The notes: generated from the sequence alone by a model not told the origin. Positions 51,382-62,053 are shown, numbered from the stretch's first letter. The stretch: 64,000 nt of DNA from Bacteroidaceae bacterium (GCA_900770665.1 CAAGKZ010000045.1:1104-65103), one strand, 5' to 3'. Made by a program: numbers and translations.

Positions 51382-54300
51382 ATGCAGAACAAAGGATTTG
51401 TAAAAGTAATTGCAGTACTGCTGACACTTGTGTGTCTGTTCTACCTCTCTTTCTCTTTCGTGACGAGTAGAGAAGACAAGAAGGTCGAGTCTTGGGCTAA
51501 TGCTCAGGTCGAGAGTGATATTGATGCATATGCAAATGCCCAGGTAAGAAGAACTCTTCCGGTTATCGTTGAGGCAGAAGCACATGCTCAGAATCAGGTT
51601 GATGCCAGTGTTAATGCCGCGGTTGATGCCTTGGTAAATGAACAGGAGCAGGAACTGAAGAATGACAGCGAGGCTGTTGTTGATGAGGCTTGGAGAGCTG
51701 CCAAGTTCCAGGAACTCAAGAATGAGTATCTCGAGGTATACAAGGATTCTCTCGCAACAGAAGTAGAGAATGTCAAGAATGAGTATCTGAAACCTCATGA
51801 GGAGGCTATTGCTTCGGCTGTTGAAAGTGCAAAGAGCGACTATCGTGCAACCCATGATGTCAATGCCGAAGTTAAGGAGAAAAAGAATGATTACCTTCAG
51901 GAGCATCAGGACGACAAAGTTTGGTTGGGTATATATACTCTCCAGCAGTGTCGTGAACTTGAGATTGGTCTTGGTCTTGACCTGAAGGGTGGTCTCAGTG
52001 TTACATTGGAAGTCTCTGTTCCCGAGTTCCTCAAGTCACTTACCAGCGGTAATGTCGATGCTGATGTAGAGGCTGCCATTGCTGCAGCGCAGGCAGCTTC
52101 AGAGGTGGATGGTGACCCTATAGGTGCATTTATCGCAAGTTTGCCCGAGGGTAAGAGTCTGGCTTCAATATTTGCTACAAGCGCATTGAAGAACAAGGTT
52201 ACCGTACACTCTTCAGACGATGAGGTTGAGGCTGTCCTTCGTGCAGAGCTTGACAACGCTGTCGAGAACTCCTATAATGTGGTACGCTCGCGTGTAGACC
52301 GTTTTGGTGTTGCGCAGCCTAATATCCAGAAACTGGGTGGCGGCAACGGCCGTATCCTTGTTGAACTTCCCGGTGTTGAGAATAAAGCGCGTATAATCGA
52401 TTTGCTTACACGCTCTTCGAACTTGCAGTTCTGGGAGACATATACACCACAAGAGGTTGAGAGTGCACTTCCCAAGTTGTTGCAGCTGGGTGACATTGTT
52501 GCAAAGAACAATGGCGAGGCATACAACCCGTTGATGGGACTTGTCGGAAACGGCGGTGGCGGTATCGTTGCTTATGTTGACCGTGAAGGTAAGGATGTTA
52601 TTGATGAGGTTCTTGCTGCAGGTGAGGCTATGGAGAATGATGCTCTTAACCCACGCAGAATCCTTCCACGTGATATGATTCTCTATTGGGGTGCAAAAGC
52701 AGAGAAGAACGACGCCGATGGCAAACGTTATTATACTCTTTATGCGATAAAAGATGCAAAGAAGAATGGTGAGGCTCCATTGCAGGGTGATGTTGTTGCA
52801 GAGGCTGAGGCTTCTTTCCAGAACAATAAGCCTTGTGTGAATATGACAATGACCGGTGCTGCAGCTCATACTTGGGCCGAACTGACCGACAGATGTTCTA
52901 AGAGCGGCCGCCACATCGCGGTTGTGCTCGATGGTCTCGTGTACAGCGCACCAAGATCAGAGGAGCGTATCACCGGCGGACATACCGTTATCAGCGGTAC
53001 ATTTACAATCGAGGAGACTCAGGACCTTGCAACCGTGCTTTGCTCCGGTAAGATGCTTGTTCCTATGAGAGACGTTGAGAGCAACGTTGTCGGTCCTTCT
53101 ATCGGTGCACAGTCTATTCAGCAGGGAATGCTCTCATTCGTGATTGCGTTCATCCTTTTGATGGTATATATGTGTGTGATTTACGGTGTAAGACCGGGTA
53201 TGATTGCGAACGGAGCTCTGTTGCTCAACCTCTTCTTTACATTGGGTATCCTTGCGTCGTTCCAGGCTGCGCTCACAATGTCAGGTATCGCCGGTATTGT
53301 GTTGACACTTGGTATGGCTGTCGATGCCAACGTGCTCATCTATGAGCGTACAAAGGAGGAACTCCGTGCCGGAAAGAATGTGCGCATGGCGCTCACCGAT
53401 GGTTACAAGAATGCATTCTCTGCAATCTTCGACTCTAACCTTACATCTATCATCACAGGTGTAATCCTCTTCTACTTCGGTACAGGTCCAATCAAGGGCT
53501 TTGCGACAACCTTGATTATCGGTCTGTTGTGCTCATTCTTCACAGCAGTGTTTGTAACACGTGTTATCTATGAGCGTTTCCTTGACAAGAACAAGTTTAC
53601 AGACCTCACCTTTACAACCAAGCTCTCTAGCAAGTGGTTCCAGGAGAGAAAGTACAACTTCATTGGTGTTTCAAAGAAGGTTGGTTTTGTATTTGTGGCA
53701 TTGTTCGTTGTAATGGTTGCATCTTTTGCATTGCGTGGCATGGCAAAGAGCATTGAGTTTACAGGTGGACGCAACTATGTAGTGAAGTTCGAGCAGAAGG
53801 TTTCTGAGGGTGATATCCAGAAGCTTATCAAGGAGCAGGTCGGCGATGCCAATGTTCAGGTTATCTCTTATGGTACTGACGGTGACCAGGTCCGCATCTC
53901 TACAAACTACATGATTGAGGACAAGACTGCAAAGGCTGACAGCATTGTAGAGAAGACTATCTATGATGCATTGGTTGCCGGCGAAATGCTTGCCGAGGAT
54001 GTTACATTCGAGAGATTCTGCGATACACAGGATGCCGAGGGCGGTTCTATCAAGAGCTCACAGAAGGTTGACTCTACTGTTGCCGAGGAGATTAGCCGAA
54101 GCGCTGTCATATCTGTGATTGTTGCCATGATTGCAATCTTCGTCTACATCCTTGTACGTTTCCGCAATGTTGCTTATAGTGTGGGTGCTATATCTGCTCT
54201 TGCTCTTGACGTTGTGATGATTCTTGGATGCTACTCATTGTTGCACGGCATATTGCCAATGTCACTTGAACTTGACCAGATTTTCATCGGTGCAATCCTC

Positions 54301-54630
54301 ACCGCTATCGGTTACTCAATCAATGACAAGGTGGTTATCTTTGACCGCGTGCGTGAGTTCACACATTTGTATCCAAAGCGTGACAAGCTCGATTTGTTCA
54401 ATACTTCATTGAGCACCACACTTGCACGTACATTGAATACTTCGTTCAGTACATTGGTTGTGTTGTTGTGTATCTTCATCTTCGGTGGTGACAGTATCCG
54501 CAGCTTCTCATTCGCGATGATTCTGGGTGTTGTCTTCGGTACATTGTCTTCAATCTTTGTTGCTGCTCCTGTTGCATACAAGATTGTGAACTTCCAGATT
54601 GCCCGTAAGGCTAAGAAACACGGTAAATAA
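51382..54630 (+). CDS. secDF: protein translocase subunit SecDF (fused)
   Basis: 1082 aa. The MQNKGFVKVIAVLLTLVCLFYLSFSF start, the LGLDLKGG motif and two six-TM blocks are typical of Bacteroidetes SecDF fusions. Confidence 0.93.
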   Translation: MQNKGFVKVIAVLLTLVCLFYLSFSFVTSREDKKVESWANAQVESDIDAYANAQVRRTLPVIVEAEAHAQNQVDASVNAAVDALVNEQEQELKNDSEAVVDEAWRAAKFQELKNEYLEVYKDSLATEVENVKNEYLKPHEEAIASAVESAKSDYRATHDVNAEVKEKKNDYLQEHQDDKVWLGIYTLQQCRELEIGLGLDLKGGLSVTLEVSVPEFLKSLTSGNVDADVEAAIAAAQAASEVDGDPIGAFIASLPEGKSLASIFATSALKNKVTVHSSDDEVEAVLRAELDNAVENSYNVVRSRVDRFGVAQPNIQKLGGGNGRILVELPGVENKARIIDLLTRSSNLQFWETYTPQEVESALPKLLQLGDIVAKNNGEAYNPLMGLVGNGGGGIVAYVDREGKDVIDEVLAAGEAMENDALNPRRILPRDMILYWGAKAEKNDADGKRYYTLYAIKDAKKNGEAPLQGDVVAEAEASFQNNKPCVNMTMTGAAAHTWAELTDRCSKSGRHIAVVLDGLVYSAPRSEERITGGHTVISGTFTIEETQDLATVLCSGKMLVPMRDVESNVVGPSIGAQSIQQGMLSFVIAFILLMVYMCVIYGVRPGMIANGALLLNLFFTLGILASFQAALTMSGIAGIVLTLGMAVDANVLIYERTKEELRAGKNVRMALTDGYKNAFSAIFDSNLTSIITGVILFYFGTGPIKGFATTLIIGLLCSFFTAVFVTRVIYERFLDKNKFTDLTFTTKLSSKWFQERKYNFIGVSKKVGFVFVALFVVMVASFALRGMAKSIEFTGGRNYVVKFEQKVSEGDIQKLIKEQVGDANVQVISYGTDGDQVRISTNYMIEDKTAKADSIVEKTIYDALVAGEMLAEDVTFERFCDTQDAEGGSIKSSQKVDSTVAEEISRSAVISVIVAMIAIFVYILVRFRNVAYSVGAISALALDVVMILGCYSLLHGILPMSLELDQIFIGAILTAIGYSINDKVVIFDRVREFTHLYPKRDKLDLFNTSLSTTLARTLNTSFSTLVVLLCIFIFGGDSIRSFSFAMILGVVFGTLSSIFVAAPVAYKIVNFQIARKAKKHGK

Positions 54631-54654
54631 TAACCGTTGAATATAATCCAAAAA

Positions 54655-54690
54655 CAGAGTCAAGGCAGACTGCCTTGACTCTGTTTTTTT
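54655..54690 (+). terminator. strong intrinsic terminator after secDF (potentially bidirectional)
   Basis: CAGAGTCAAGGCA-GAC-TGCCTTGACTCTG forms a 13-bp perfect stem. It is flanked by AAAAA upstream and UUUUUUU downstream. Confidence 0.85.
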
Positions 54691-54768
54691 GATGATGTAT
54701 TGTGTGGGAATTGTCGGGTCGACACCGGCAAAGTGCTTGCTCAAGAACTGCCGTGCAGATGACGGTTG

Positions 54769-55824
54769 TTATTTTATCCGCTCTTTTATGTAATGGTAAG
54801 CGAACGGACAGCGTATGCACTCTTTTGTGCGGCAGTAGCTGCGGCTCAAGTGCAGCAGAGCCTGCGAATCGGCGGCACACTCTGCTTTTACTCCTTGTTC
54901 ACGCCACCTCTTTATAATGCTGTTATCCTCAGGTTCAATCCAATGTAACAGATTCTCTGCCATTTCGCATAGTTTCTCTTCTTTTCGATGCTTGCCGTAT
55001 ATGTAAAGCATCGGGGCGACAGAGTTTATGATTATTACATCGACCTGTCTCTGCTTCATGCAACCATTGCCGGTAGTCTCTGTCCCGCCAAAACAGGTGT
55101 GGTTCTGCCAATATCCATCCAGCGTGTGACTGAATAGTCTGTATATTTCGTTCAGTGTATTTACGGCAGTTATCCCAGACATTGTAAGCTTGTTTGTATG
55201 GTATAGACTGGCTATTCTTGCTATTCGCAGGTGGGGTGTTGTGTTGCCACAGTTCCATTTCTTGTGGTCAATGGCTGTAAGCCCGAACTTATTGCTCAGG
55301 AACCGGTACTCCCTTTTTAGTTCATTATAATATTCGCTCCGTTCAGCTTCGCCTCTATAATAATAAGGAATACTCTCTTCTGTCAGTAATCCGGCCTGCC
55401 CGAACATGATGGCTTCAATCTGTGTGGGGTTGTCGCGGTGCTTGCCAAGGGCTTGCATGTCGAGCCTGTTTGCCCATTCCTCAAAAACCTCTCCTTGTAT
55501 ACCGAACCCGAAACTGCGTATTACAACCTTTAGTAGCGTGTCGTCCCACCTTTGGTCGCAATGTGCAAAGATGCGCTCAATTGTTCTTCTTTTATCCTCT
55601 ATGCGTTCTATTAGCAAGCGCGATAGAATGCTGTGGTATTGTATGCCCGGTAACCCGGCTATCGTCCCGGTGCAGGGGAGTGTGCAACGGTGTTCTTCGG
55701 CCGCGCAGAACTCGTTTGCCAGATCGTCTGGCACGATAGTTGGTGCGTGCTCTGCGTCTATTGTCTGCGGTCCTTTTTTCTTGAGCAAACCGTTTTCAAG
55801 AAGATATTTTGTTAAGCCTTTCAT
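54769..55824 (-). CDS. DUF2851 family protein, apparently lacking the usual N-terminal ~90 residues
   Basis: RSFGFGIQGEVFEEWANRL...GKHRDNPTQIEAIMFGQAGLL and the C-terminal YCRTKECIRCPFAYHYI match my recollection of DUF2851. 351 aa versus about 420-430 recalled. Confidence 0.7.
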   Translation of the reverse strand: MKGLTKYLLENGLLKKKGPQTIDAEHAPTIVPDDLANEFCAAEEHRCTLPCTGTIAGLPGIQYHSILSRLLIERIEDKRRTIERIFAHCDQRWDDTLLKVVIRSFGFGIQGEVFEEWANRLDMQALGKHRDNPTQIEAIMFGQAGLLTEESIPYYYRGEAERSEYYNELKREYRFLSNKFGLTAIDHKKWNCGNTTPHLRIARIASLYHTNKLTMSGITAVNTLNEIYRLFSHTLDGYWQNHTCFGGTETTGNGCMKQRQVDVIIINSVAPMLYIYGKHRKEEKLCEMAENLLHWIEPEDNSIIKRWREQGVKAECAADSQALLHLSRSYCRTKECIRCPFAYHYIKERIK

Positions 55825-55842
55825 CTGTCTGTCCGGTTATAA

Positions 55843-55880
55843 AAAGAACGTTAATCTCGCATGCGGCATTAACGTTCTTT
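55843..55880 (-). terminator. intrinsic terminator after the HD-domain gene
   Basis: AAAGAACGTTAAT/ATTAACGTTCTTT forms a 13-bp perfect stem with a 12-nt loop. On the minus strand it ends in UUUUUAUAA. It lies 18 nt upstream of the DUF2851 ATG. Confidence 0.7.
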
Positions 55881-55894
55881 CTGTGAGTTGTTTG

Positions 55895-57958
55895 TTATTG
55901 TTTCTTCTCCGTGGGATAGCTTATCCTGGTGTGGTAAATTGCCATAAGCCTCTTCTTGAACACCTCTTTTATTGTGTGTATATCCTGGAACGTTATGGGG
56001 CTCATTGTCAATTCTCCTTCGTTCAGCTTGCCGCCTACAATATTGTCCACAAGCTTGCTGATGTTCTCTTCGGTATACTCCTTGAGGCTATGTGAAGCTG
56101 CCTCAACGCAGTCGGCCAACATAAGCACCGCTTGCTCTTTGGTGAACGGCCTTGGTCCGGGGTAGGTGAAGAGCTTGTCGTCCACGGGTTCGTTAGGATG
56201 CTCGTTCTTGTATGTGATGTAGAAGTAACCTGTTTTCGACAGTCCGTGGTGTGTGGCAATGAATTCCCTGATTTTCTTCGGGAGTCCCTCGTGCTCGGCA
56301 GTGGAGAGTCCGTTGGTTACATGCTTTATTATAGCCTGTGCGCTTTCTATGGGTGTGAGTGCACTGTGAGGGCTTATTCCGCCATTCTGGTTCTCTGTAA
56401 AGAAAATTGGGTTTTCGAGTTTGCCGATATCGTGGTAAAGCGCTCCCGTGCGCACTTCGAGGGGGTTCGCTCCAATTGCAATGGCTGCTTCTGCCGCAAG
56501 GTTTCCAACCTGCATTGAGTGTTGGAAAGTGCCCGGCGCCTCCTGTGACATCCTTTGTAGCAACTTGCTGTTCAGGTTAGAAAGTTCAATGAGTGTCACA
56601 CTTGATACAAAACCGAATGTTCTTTCAATAATGAACATCAACGGGTATATGAACAGGGTGAGTATGGTGCTGATGATGAAGTATACATACATCATAGTGC
56701 TTATGTTTGAGAACCCCGCAGTGCTGACAACCTCGTAGCAGAGGTATACAACAGCATACGTTGCGAATGTTATCAGTACACACCTGAACATCTGTGAACG
56801 TGACGACAGGTCTCTAAGACTCAGTATTGCGCTGCATCCGGCCAGCGTCTGAAGCAGTATGAACTCGTATGGCGCTGCCAGCATTATTGAACACATTACC
56901 AATGAAATGCTGCTGGTAACAAACGCTGTGCTTTCGTCAATGAACAGGCAGAGTGTTATGGGCAGGATGGCAAAAGGCAGTATGAATACGCTGACTCCTC
57001 CATGTGTTGTGATTATTCCGACAATTACGGGAAAGGCTGTCGCAGCTACAATTGTGAATATGAACTTGTTGGTGTTCTTTAATATATCTTTTTTGTAGAT
57101 GTTGATGTAAGCCAACAGAATCATCATACATACGACGATGAACAGAACTTGCCCAATCAATATGTATTGTCTGTTGTTCTCCGATTTTGCCTTTTCTCTT
57201 TCTTGTTTCTGCTGGAGGTATGCATTCAGGATTTTCTCAGTCTCCTCATCGACGATGTCTCCGGTGCTGATGATTTTCTTTCCCTCCTTGATGTGTTCGC
57301 TGACAGGGTTTATTGAACTAAGCAACTTCCTCAGTTCCTCTTTGCTTGCACGGGTGTCGCATCTGTAGTTCGGTTTTACAAACTTCATTATGTCTGTTGT
57401 ATCGGCCGTTGTGCCTGCCAGAATCTCACGAGCCTGTGATATCGTAATGAAGTCACGGGTTTCAAGCCTTCTCTTGTCAGTGCTGTCTCTGTATGTAAGA
57501 ATCTTGTTGTGTGTGTGGCTGTTCAGGTATGCAGTATCGCTGTCCTCGATGATGCCGCGTTCAAAGAAGTTTCTTAGAGTGTCGAAGAAAACGCGTTTTT
57601 CCTCCATGTCAACGTTGCTTATGAACGATGTGCTGATGGCAACATTGTAAAAGTCGTTAGGAATTCCAATCTGTTGGAATATGGGGATAAACTGCTTTTT
57701 GATGCTGTCCTCTTCGGCCGACATCTCTTCTTGGCTTTTAGGAACGTCGAAATCGAATTCAGCCCTTATCTGTTCGTGTGCCCAAGGCGTGTCGCTCTTG
57801 AAATCGTAGTAAATGCTTTTGTCTTTGGGCATGAAATAGGTGATGAGGCCTATGCAGATAGCGACCAGCAAGCCTCTTGATATCCTGCGCCCATATTTGT
57901 TTATGAAATTGCTCAGACCTTTGGTTGTGCCCGGCTGTGTATTCTCCTTGTTTCCCAT
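55895..57958 (-). CDS. 7TM-receptor HD-domain phosphohydrolase (PgpH-like HDIG protein)
   Basis: An extracellular N-domain, seven TMs and a C-terminal HD domain with LYHDIGK and ATHHG. ATG 57958 (MGNKENT) is preferred to the track start at 58006. Confidence 0.85.
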   Translation of the reverse strand: MGNKENTQPGTTKGLSNFINKYGRRISRGLLVAICIGLITYFMPKDKSIYYDFKSDTPWAHEQIRAEFDFDVPKSQEEMSAEEDSIKKQFIPIFQQIGIPNDFYNVAISTSFISNVDMEEKRVFFDTLRNFFERGIIEDSDTAYLNSHTHNKILTYRDSTDKRRLETRDFITISQAREILAGTTADTTDIMKFVKPNYRCDTRASKEELRKLLSSINPVSEHIKEGKKIISTGDIVDEETEKILNAYLQQKQEREKAKSENNRQYILIGQVLFIVVCMMILLAYINIYKKDILKNTNKFIFTIVAATAFPVIVGIITTHGGVSVFILPFAILPITLCLFIDESTAFVTSSISLVMCSIMLAAPYEFILLQTLAGCSAILSLRDLSSRSQMFRCVLITFATYAVVYLCYEVVSTAGFSNISTMMYVYFIISTILTLFIYPLMFIIERTFGFVSSVTLIELSNLNSKLLQRMSQEAPGTFQHSMQVGNLAAEAAIAIGANPLEVRTGALYHDIGKLENPIFFTENQNGGISPHSALTPIESAQAIIKHVTNGLSTAEHEGLPKKIREFIATHHGLSKTGYFYITYKNEHPNEPVDDKLFTYPGPRPFTKEQAVLMLADCVEAASHSLKEYTEENISKLVDNIVGGKLNEGELTMSPITFQDIHTIKEVFKKRLMAIYHTRISYPTEKKQ

Positions 57959-58135
57959 GGTTGTACGCTTGAATGTTTTCTTAAAACGGACAAGTTGCCC
58001 GTGCATTACCGCAAATGTACATAAAAAATGGTTAAATTCAAATTTGTCTGTTTGATTTTATCCAATGTAAAGCAATGGCATGTTGAATTCATGTGGCTTC
58101 GAACGCCGTTGTAATTAAAAAATCTATGATTTTAT

Positions 58136-58166
58136 TTTGCCAACAGCGTAAGTTGTGCTATTTTTG
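58136..58166 (+). promoter_or_regulatory. Bacteroidetes-type promoter (-33 TTTG / -7 TATTTTTG) for gltX-waaA
   Basis: TTTG lies at 58136-58139 and TATTTTTG at 58159-58166, with a 19-nt spacer. The leader to ATG 58263 is about 90 nt. Confidence 0.55.
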
Positions 58167-58262
58167 TAGTGAGTATATTGTTAATTAGGGTAGTTGCGGT
58201 TGTGTTGGTTCGCAATGGGACAACGCTGTTCGATAATATACAGGAATTAATATTTGAACACT

Positions 58263-59780
58263 ATGAATGAAAGAAGAGTAAGGGTGCGTTTTGCCCCAAG
58301 TCCAACCGGACCATTACATATCGGTGGTGTACGCACCGCCCTTTATAATTATCTGTTTGCAAAGCAGCATGGCGGCGATTTGGTTCTCCGTATTGAGGAT
58401 ACCGACTCCAATCGCTTCGTCCCCGGTGCCGAGGAGTATATCCTTGAATCATTCCGTTGGTTGGGTATCAAGTTTGACGAGGGAGTCTCTTTTGGAGGCA
58501 ATTACGGTCCCTATCGCCAGTCCGAGCGTCGTGATATATACAAGAAGTATGTAAAGCAGTTGCTCGATGCGGGCAAGGCTTACATAGCTTTCGATACTCC
58601 CGAGGAACTCGAGACCAAACGTGCCGAGATTGAGAACTTCCAGTACGATGCCGCTACCCGTCTTTCAATGCGTAACTCGTTGGCAATGCCGGCCGAGGAG
58701 GTTGAGGCGCTCATTGCTGCCGGGAACCAGTATGTCGTACGTTTCAAGATTGAGCCGGGTGAAAAGGTGGTTGTGAACGACATTATCCGCGGTGAGGTTA
58801 CCATCAATTCGTCTATCCTTGACGACAAGGTGCTCTACAAGTCGGCCGATGAACTCCCCACTTACCATCTTGCAAACATTGTCGATGACCACCTGATGGA
58901 GATTACCCACGTTATCCGTGGTGAGGAGTGGTTGCCGTCGGCGCCTCTTCACGTGCTTCTCTATCGTGCATTCGGCTGGGAGGATACAATGCCTCGCTTT
59001 GCTCATCTCTCGTTGCTCCTCAAGCCCGAGGGTAACGGTAAGCTCAGCAAACGCGATGGTGACCGTCTTGGTTTCCCCGTGTTCCCGCTTGAGTGGAACG
59101 ATCCAAAGAGCGGTGCCGTGTCAACAGGTTTTCGCGAGAGTGACTACTTGCCCGAGGCTGTTGTCAACTTCCTTGCGCTGCTTGGATGGAACCCCGGTGA
59201 CGATGTCGAGATGATGTCTTTGGAGGAACTGGTGCAGAAGTTCGACCTCTCAAAGTGCAGTAAGGCCGGCGCGCGCTTCGACTACAAGAAGATGGTATGG
59301 TTCAACCACGAATATATTCTGCAGAAGTCTGACCGTGAGATTGCGGAAATCTTCATGAACGTTGTCAAGGGACATGGCGTAGAGACAACGCTTGACCATC
59401 TTGAGATGATAGTCTCCCTGATGAAGGGGCGCGTGAACTTTGTTCACGAACTATGGGATGCAAGCAGTTTCTATTTCGAGGCTCCGCAGGCCTATGATGA
59501 GAAAACTGCCAAGAAACGTTGGAAAGAGGATTCCGCTCAGAAGATGACCGAACTTGCCGATTTGCTTGAATCACTTGATGATTTCTCAATAGAGAACCAG
59601 GACAAGGCTGTCCATGAGTGGATTGAGGCTAAGGGCTACGGAATGGGCGACATCATGAATGCTTTCCGTCTGGCATTGGTGGGCGAGGGCAAGGGTCCCC
59701 AGATGTTCCATATCTCAGGTCTTATCGGCAAGGAAGAGACATTATCACGTTTGCGTCGTGCTATAAAAGTTCTTGGATAA
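58263..59780 (+). CDS. gltX: glutamate--tRNA ligase
   Basis: [11 protein letters not shown] (HIGH) and KLSKRD (KMSKS). The track starts at TTG 58254; ATG 58263 is preferred. Confidence 0.95.
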   Translation: MNERRVRVRFAPSPTGPLHIGGVRTALYNYLFAKQHGGDLVLRIEDTDSNRFVPGAEEYILESFRWLGIKFDEGVSFGGNYGPYRQSERRDIYKKYVKQLLDAGKAYIAFDTPEELETKRAEIENFQYDAATRLSMRNSLAMPAEEVEALIAAGNQYVVRFKIEPGEKVVVNDIIRGEVTINSSILDDKVLYKSADELPTYHLANIVDDHLMEITHVIRGEEWLPSAPLHVLLYRAFGWEDTMPRFAHLSLLLKPEGNGKLSKRDGDRLGFPVFPLEWNDPKSGAVSTGFRESDYLPEAVVNFLALLGWNPGDDVEMMSLEELVQKFDLSKCSKAGARFDYKKMVWFNHEYILQKSDREIAEIFMNVVKGHGVETTLDHLEMIVSLMKGRVNFVHELWDASSFYFEAPQAYDEKTAKKRWKEDSAQKMTELADLLESLDDFSIENQDKAVHEWIEAKGYGMGDIMNAFRLALVGEGKGPQMFHISGLIGKEETLSRLRRAIKVLG

Positions 59781-59783
59781 ATA

Positions 59784-61007
59784 ATGTACACTTTTGGAAT
59801 ACAAATATATGCTCTTTTTGTAAGGCTGGCAGCTCTTCTGGGTCATAAGAAGGCCAAGAAGATGGTGTCCGGTCATCGCGAGATATTCTCCACATTGAAG
59901 GAGAAACTCAATCCGGATGCCGAATATGTATGGTTTCATGCATCCTCACTCGGTGAGTTTGAACAGGGGCGTCCCATGATTGAGAAGATGCGTTCCGAGC
60001 ACCCCGAGTATCGTGTGGTGCTGACCTTCTTCTCTCCCTCCGGTTATCTCCCGGCAAAGAACTACCAGCAGGCCGATATAGTATGCTATCTGCCTTTTGA
60101 CACAAAGTATAATGTAAGGCGTTTCCTTGATTTGGTGCGCCCCAAGATGGCATTCTTTATAAAATATGAGTTCTGGTTGAACTATCTGCTCGAACTCAAC
60201 AAGCGTTCAATACCGGTGTATAGTGTTTCTTCGATTTTTCGCAAGGAGCAGGCATTCTTCAGAACTTGGGGCGGCCGTTATCGTTTGGCATTGCACTGCT
60301 TTGACCACCTTTTTGTGCAGAACGTGGAGTCAAAGACGCTTCTTAAGTCGGTAAGCATTGAAAAAGTGACTGTGGTGGGCGATACTCGCTTTGACCGTGT
60401 GGCAAAAATACATGAGCAGGCACGTCAGTTGCCTTTGGTTGATGCCTTTGTCGATGGCGACCGCAAGGTTTTTGTCGTGGGCAGTTCATGGAGAGAGGAT
60501 GAGGCGGTCTATATGCCGTTCTTCAATGCTCACAGGGAGTGGAAGCTGATAATAGCCTCTCACGAGGTCAACGAAGCGCGTGTCGCTTCCATTATCTCCC
60601 AATACGAGGGCAAATGTGTGCGCTATTCTAATGCAACGATAGATGAGGTACGCAACTCCGATTGCCTCATTGTCGATTGCTACGGCCTGCTTTCATCTAT
60701 CTATCGCTATGGTACAATGGCCTTTGTCGGTGGTGGCTTTGGAGTAGGTATCCACAACGTGCTCGAGGCGGCAGTGTATGGCATACCGGTGTTCTTCGGT
60801 CCCAATAATCGCAAGTTCCAGGAAGTGCAGCAGTTGAAAGCCTGTGGCGGTGGCCTTGAGATTATTGCAACCTGTGACTTCGCAGAGAAGATGGATGCCT
60901 TTGCTGCCGATGAAAAACTGCTTGAACACGCAGGCAAGGCTGCCGGTGAGCTTGTTTCCACCAACGCAGGTGCAACAGCAAGGATTTTTGAACACCTTGG
61001 CCTTTGA
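59784..61007 (+). CDS. waaA: 3-deoxy-D-manno-octulosonic acid (Kdo) transferase
   Basis: 407 aa. WFHASSLGEFEQGRPMIE and the GT30 fold pattern. It starts 3 nt after gltX. Confidence 0.9.
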   Translation: MYTFGIQIYALFVRLAALLGHKKAKKMVSGHREIFSTLKEKLNPDAEYVWFHASSLGEFEQGRPMIEKMRSEHPEYRVVLTFFSPSGYLPAKNYQQADIVCYLPFDTKYNVRRFLDLVRPKMAFFIKYEFWLNYLLELNKRSIPVYSVSSIFRKEQAFFRTWGGRYRLALHCFDHLFVQNVESKTLLKSVSIEKVTVVGDTRFDRVAKIHEQARQLPLVDAFVDGDRKVFVVGSSWREDEAVYMPFFNAHREWKLIIASHEVNEARVASIISQYEGKCVRYSNATIDEVRNSDCLIVDCYGLLSSIYRYGTMAFVGGGFGVGIHNVLEAAVYGIPVFFGPNNRKFQEVQQLKACGGGLEIIATCDFAEKMDAFAADEKLLEHAGKAAGELVSTNAGATARIFEHLGL

Positions 61008-61060
61008 TTATAATTTGAATATAGATAGTTTTTAATATAAACCTTTAAAATTTTAAAGTT

Positions 61061-62053
61061 ATGAAATTTCTAACAGACGAGAAATTGGTTATTGTAGGTG
61101 CTGCAGGTATGATTGGTTCAAACATGGCACAGTCTGCCTTGATGATGGGCTTGACAAGCAACCTTTGCCTTTATGATGTATTCTCTCCCGAGGGTGTTGC
61201 CGAGGAGATGCGTCAGAGCGGTTTCGACAATGTAAATATCACAGCAACAACAGATGTTGCCGAGGCATTCAAAGATGCAAAATATATAATCTCTTCAGGT
61301 GGTGCTCCACGTAAGGAGGGTATGACACGCGAGGATTTGCTCGCAGGTAACTGCAAGATTGCCGAGGAGCTCGGTAAGAACATCAAGACATACTGCCCCG
61401 ATGTTAAGCACGTGGTTATCATCTTCAACCCAGCCGATTTGACAGGTCTTGTAACACTTCTCTATTCAGGTTTGAAGCCCGGTCAGGTTACAACACTCGC
61501 AGGTCTCGACTCTACACGTCTGCAGAACGCTCTTGCAAAGAAGTTCGGCGTAATGATGAGCGAGGTTACCGGTTGTGCTACATACGGTGGTCACGGTGAG
61601 CAGATGGCGGTGTTCGGTAGCGCAGTTAAGGTTGCCGGCAAGCCTTTGACAGACCTCATTGGTACTGCTGAGTTCCCCGAGGAGGAGTGGGAGCAGATGA
61701 AGAAGGACGTTACACAGGGTGGTGCAGCTATCATCAAGCTTCGTGGCCGTTCATCATTCCAGAGCCCATCTTACCTCTCTGTTGAGATGATTCGTTCGGT
61801 TATGGGTGGCGAGACATTCCGTTACCCTGCAGGTACATACGTGTCTAACGAGAAGTACAACCACATTATGATGGCTATGGATACAGTTCTCGACGCTAAC
61901 GGTTGTTCATACAAGATGCCTGTCGGTACTCCCGAGGAGATTGCAAAGCTCGATGCAAGCTATGCTCACCTTTGCAAGATGCGCGACGAGCTCGTTACAC
62001 TCAACATTGTTCCTGCAATCGAGGAGTGGAGCAGCATCAATCCTAACCTCTAA
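61061..62053 (+). CDS. mdh: malate dehydrogenase (LDH-like family)
   Basis: 330 aa. KLVIVGAAGMIGSNMA forms the Rossmann motif, and the N-terminus resembles the 330-aa Bacteroidales MDH type I recall. Confidence 0.85.
   Translation: MKFLTDEKLVIVGAAGMIGSNMAQSALMMGLTSNLCLYDVFSPEGVAEEMRQSGFDNVNITATTDVAEAFKDAKYIISSGGAPRKEGMTREDLLAGNCKIAEELGKNIKTYCPDVKHVVIIFNPADLTGLVTLLYSGLKPGQVTTLAGLDSTRLQNALAKKFGVMMSEVTGCATYGGHGEQMAVFGSAVKVAGKPLTDLIGTAEFPEEEWEQMKKDVTQGGAAIIKLRGRSSFQSPSYLSVEMIRSVMGGETFRYPAGTYVSNEKYNHIMMAMDTVLDANGCSYKMPVGTPEEIAKLDASYAHLCKMRDELVTLNIVPAIEEWSSINPNL

Noticed and set aside
52213-52914. 233-aa minus-strand ORF (also 51373-51906 and 51906-52256)
   Set aside because: All three are antisense to secDF, whose identity is secure. 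They have no independent signals.
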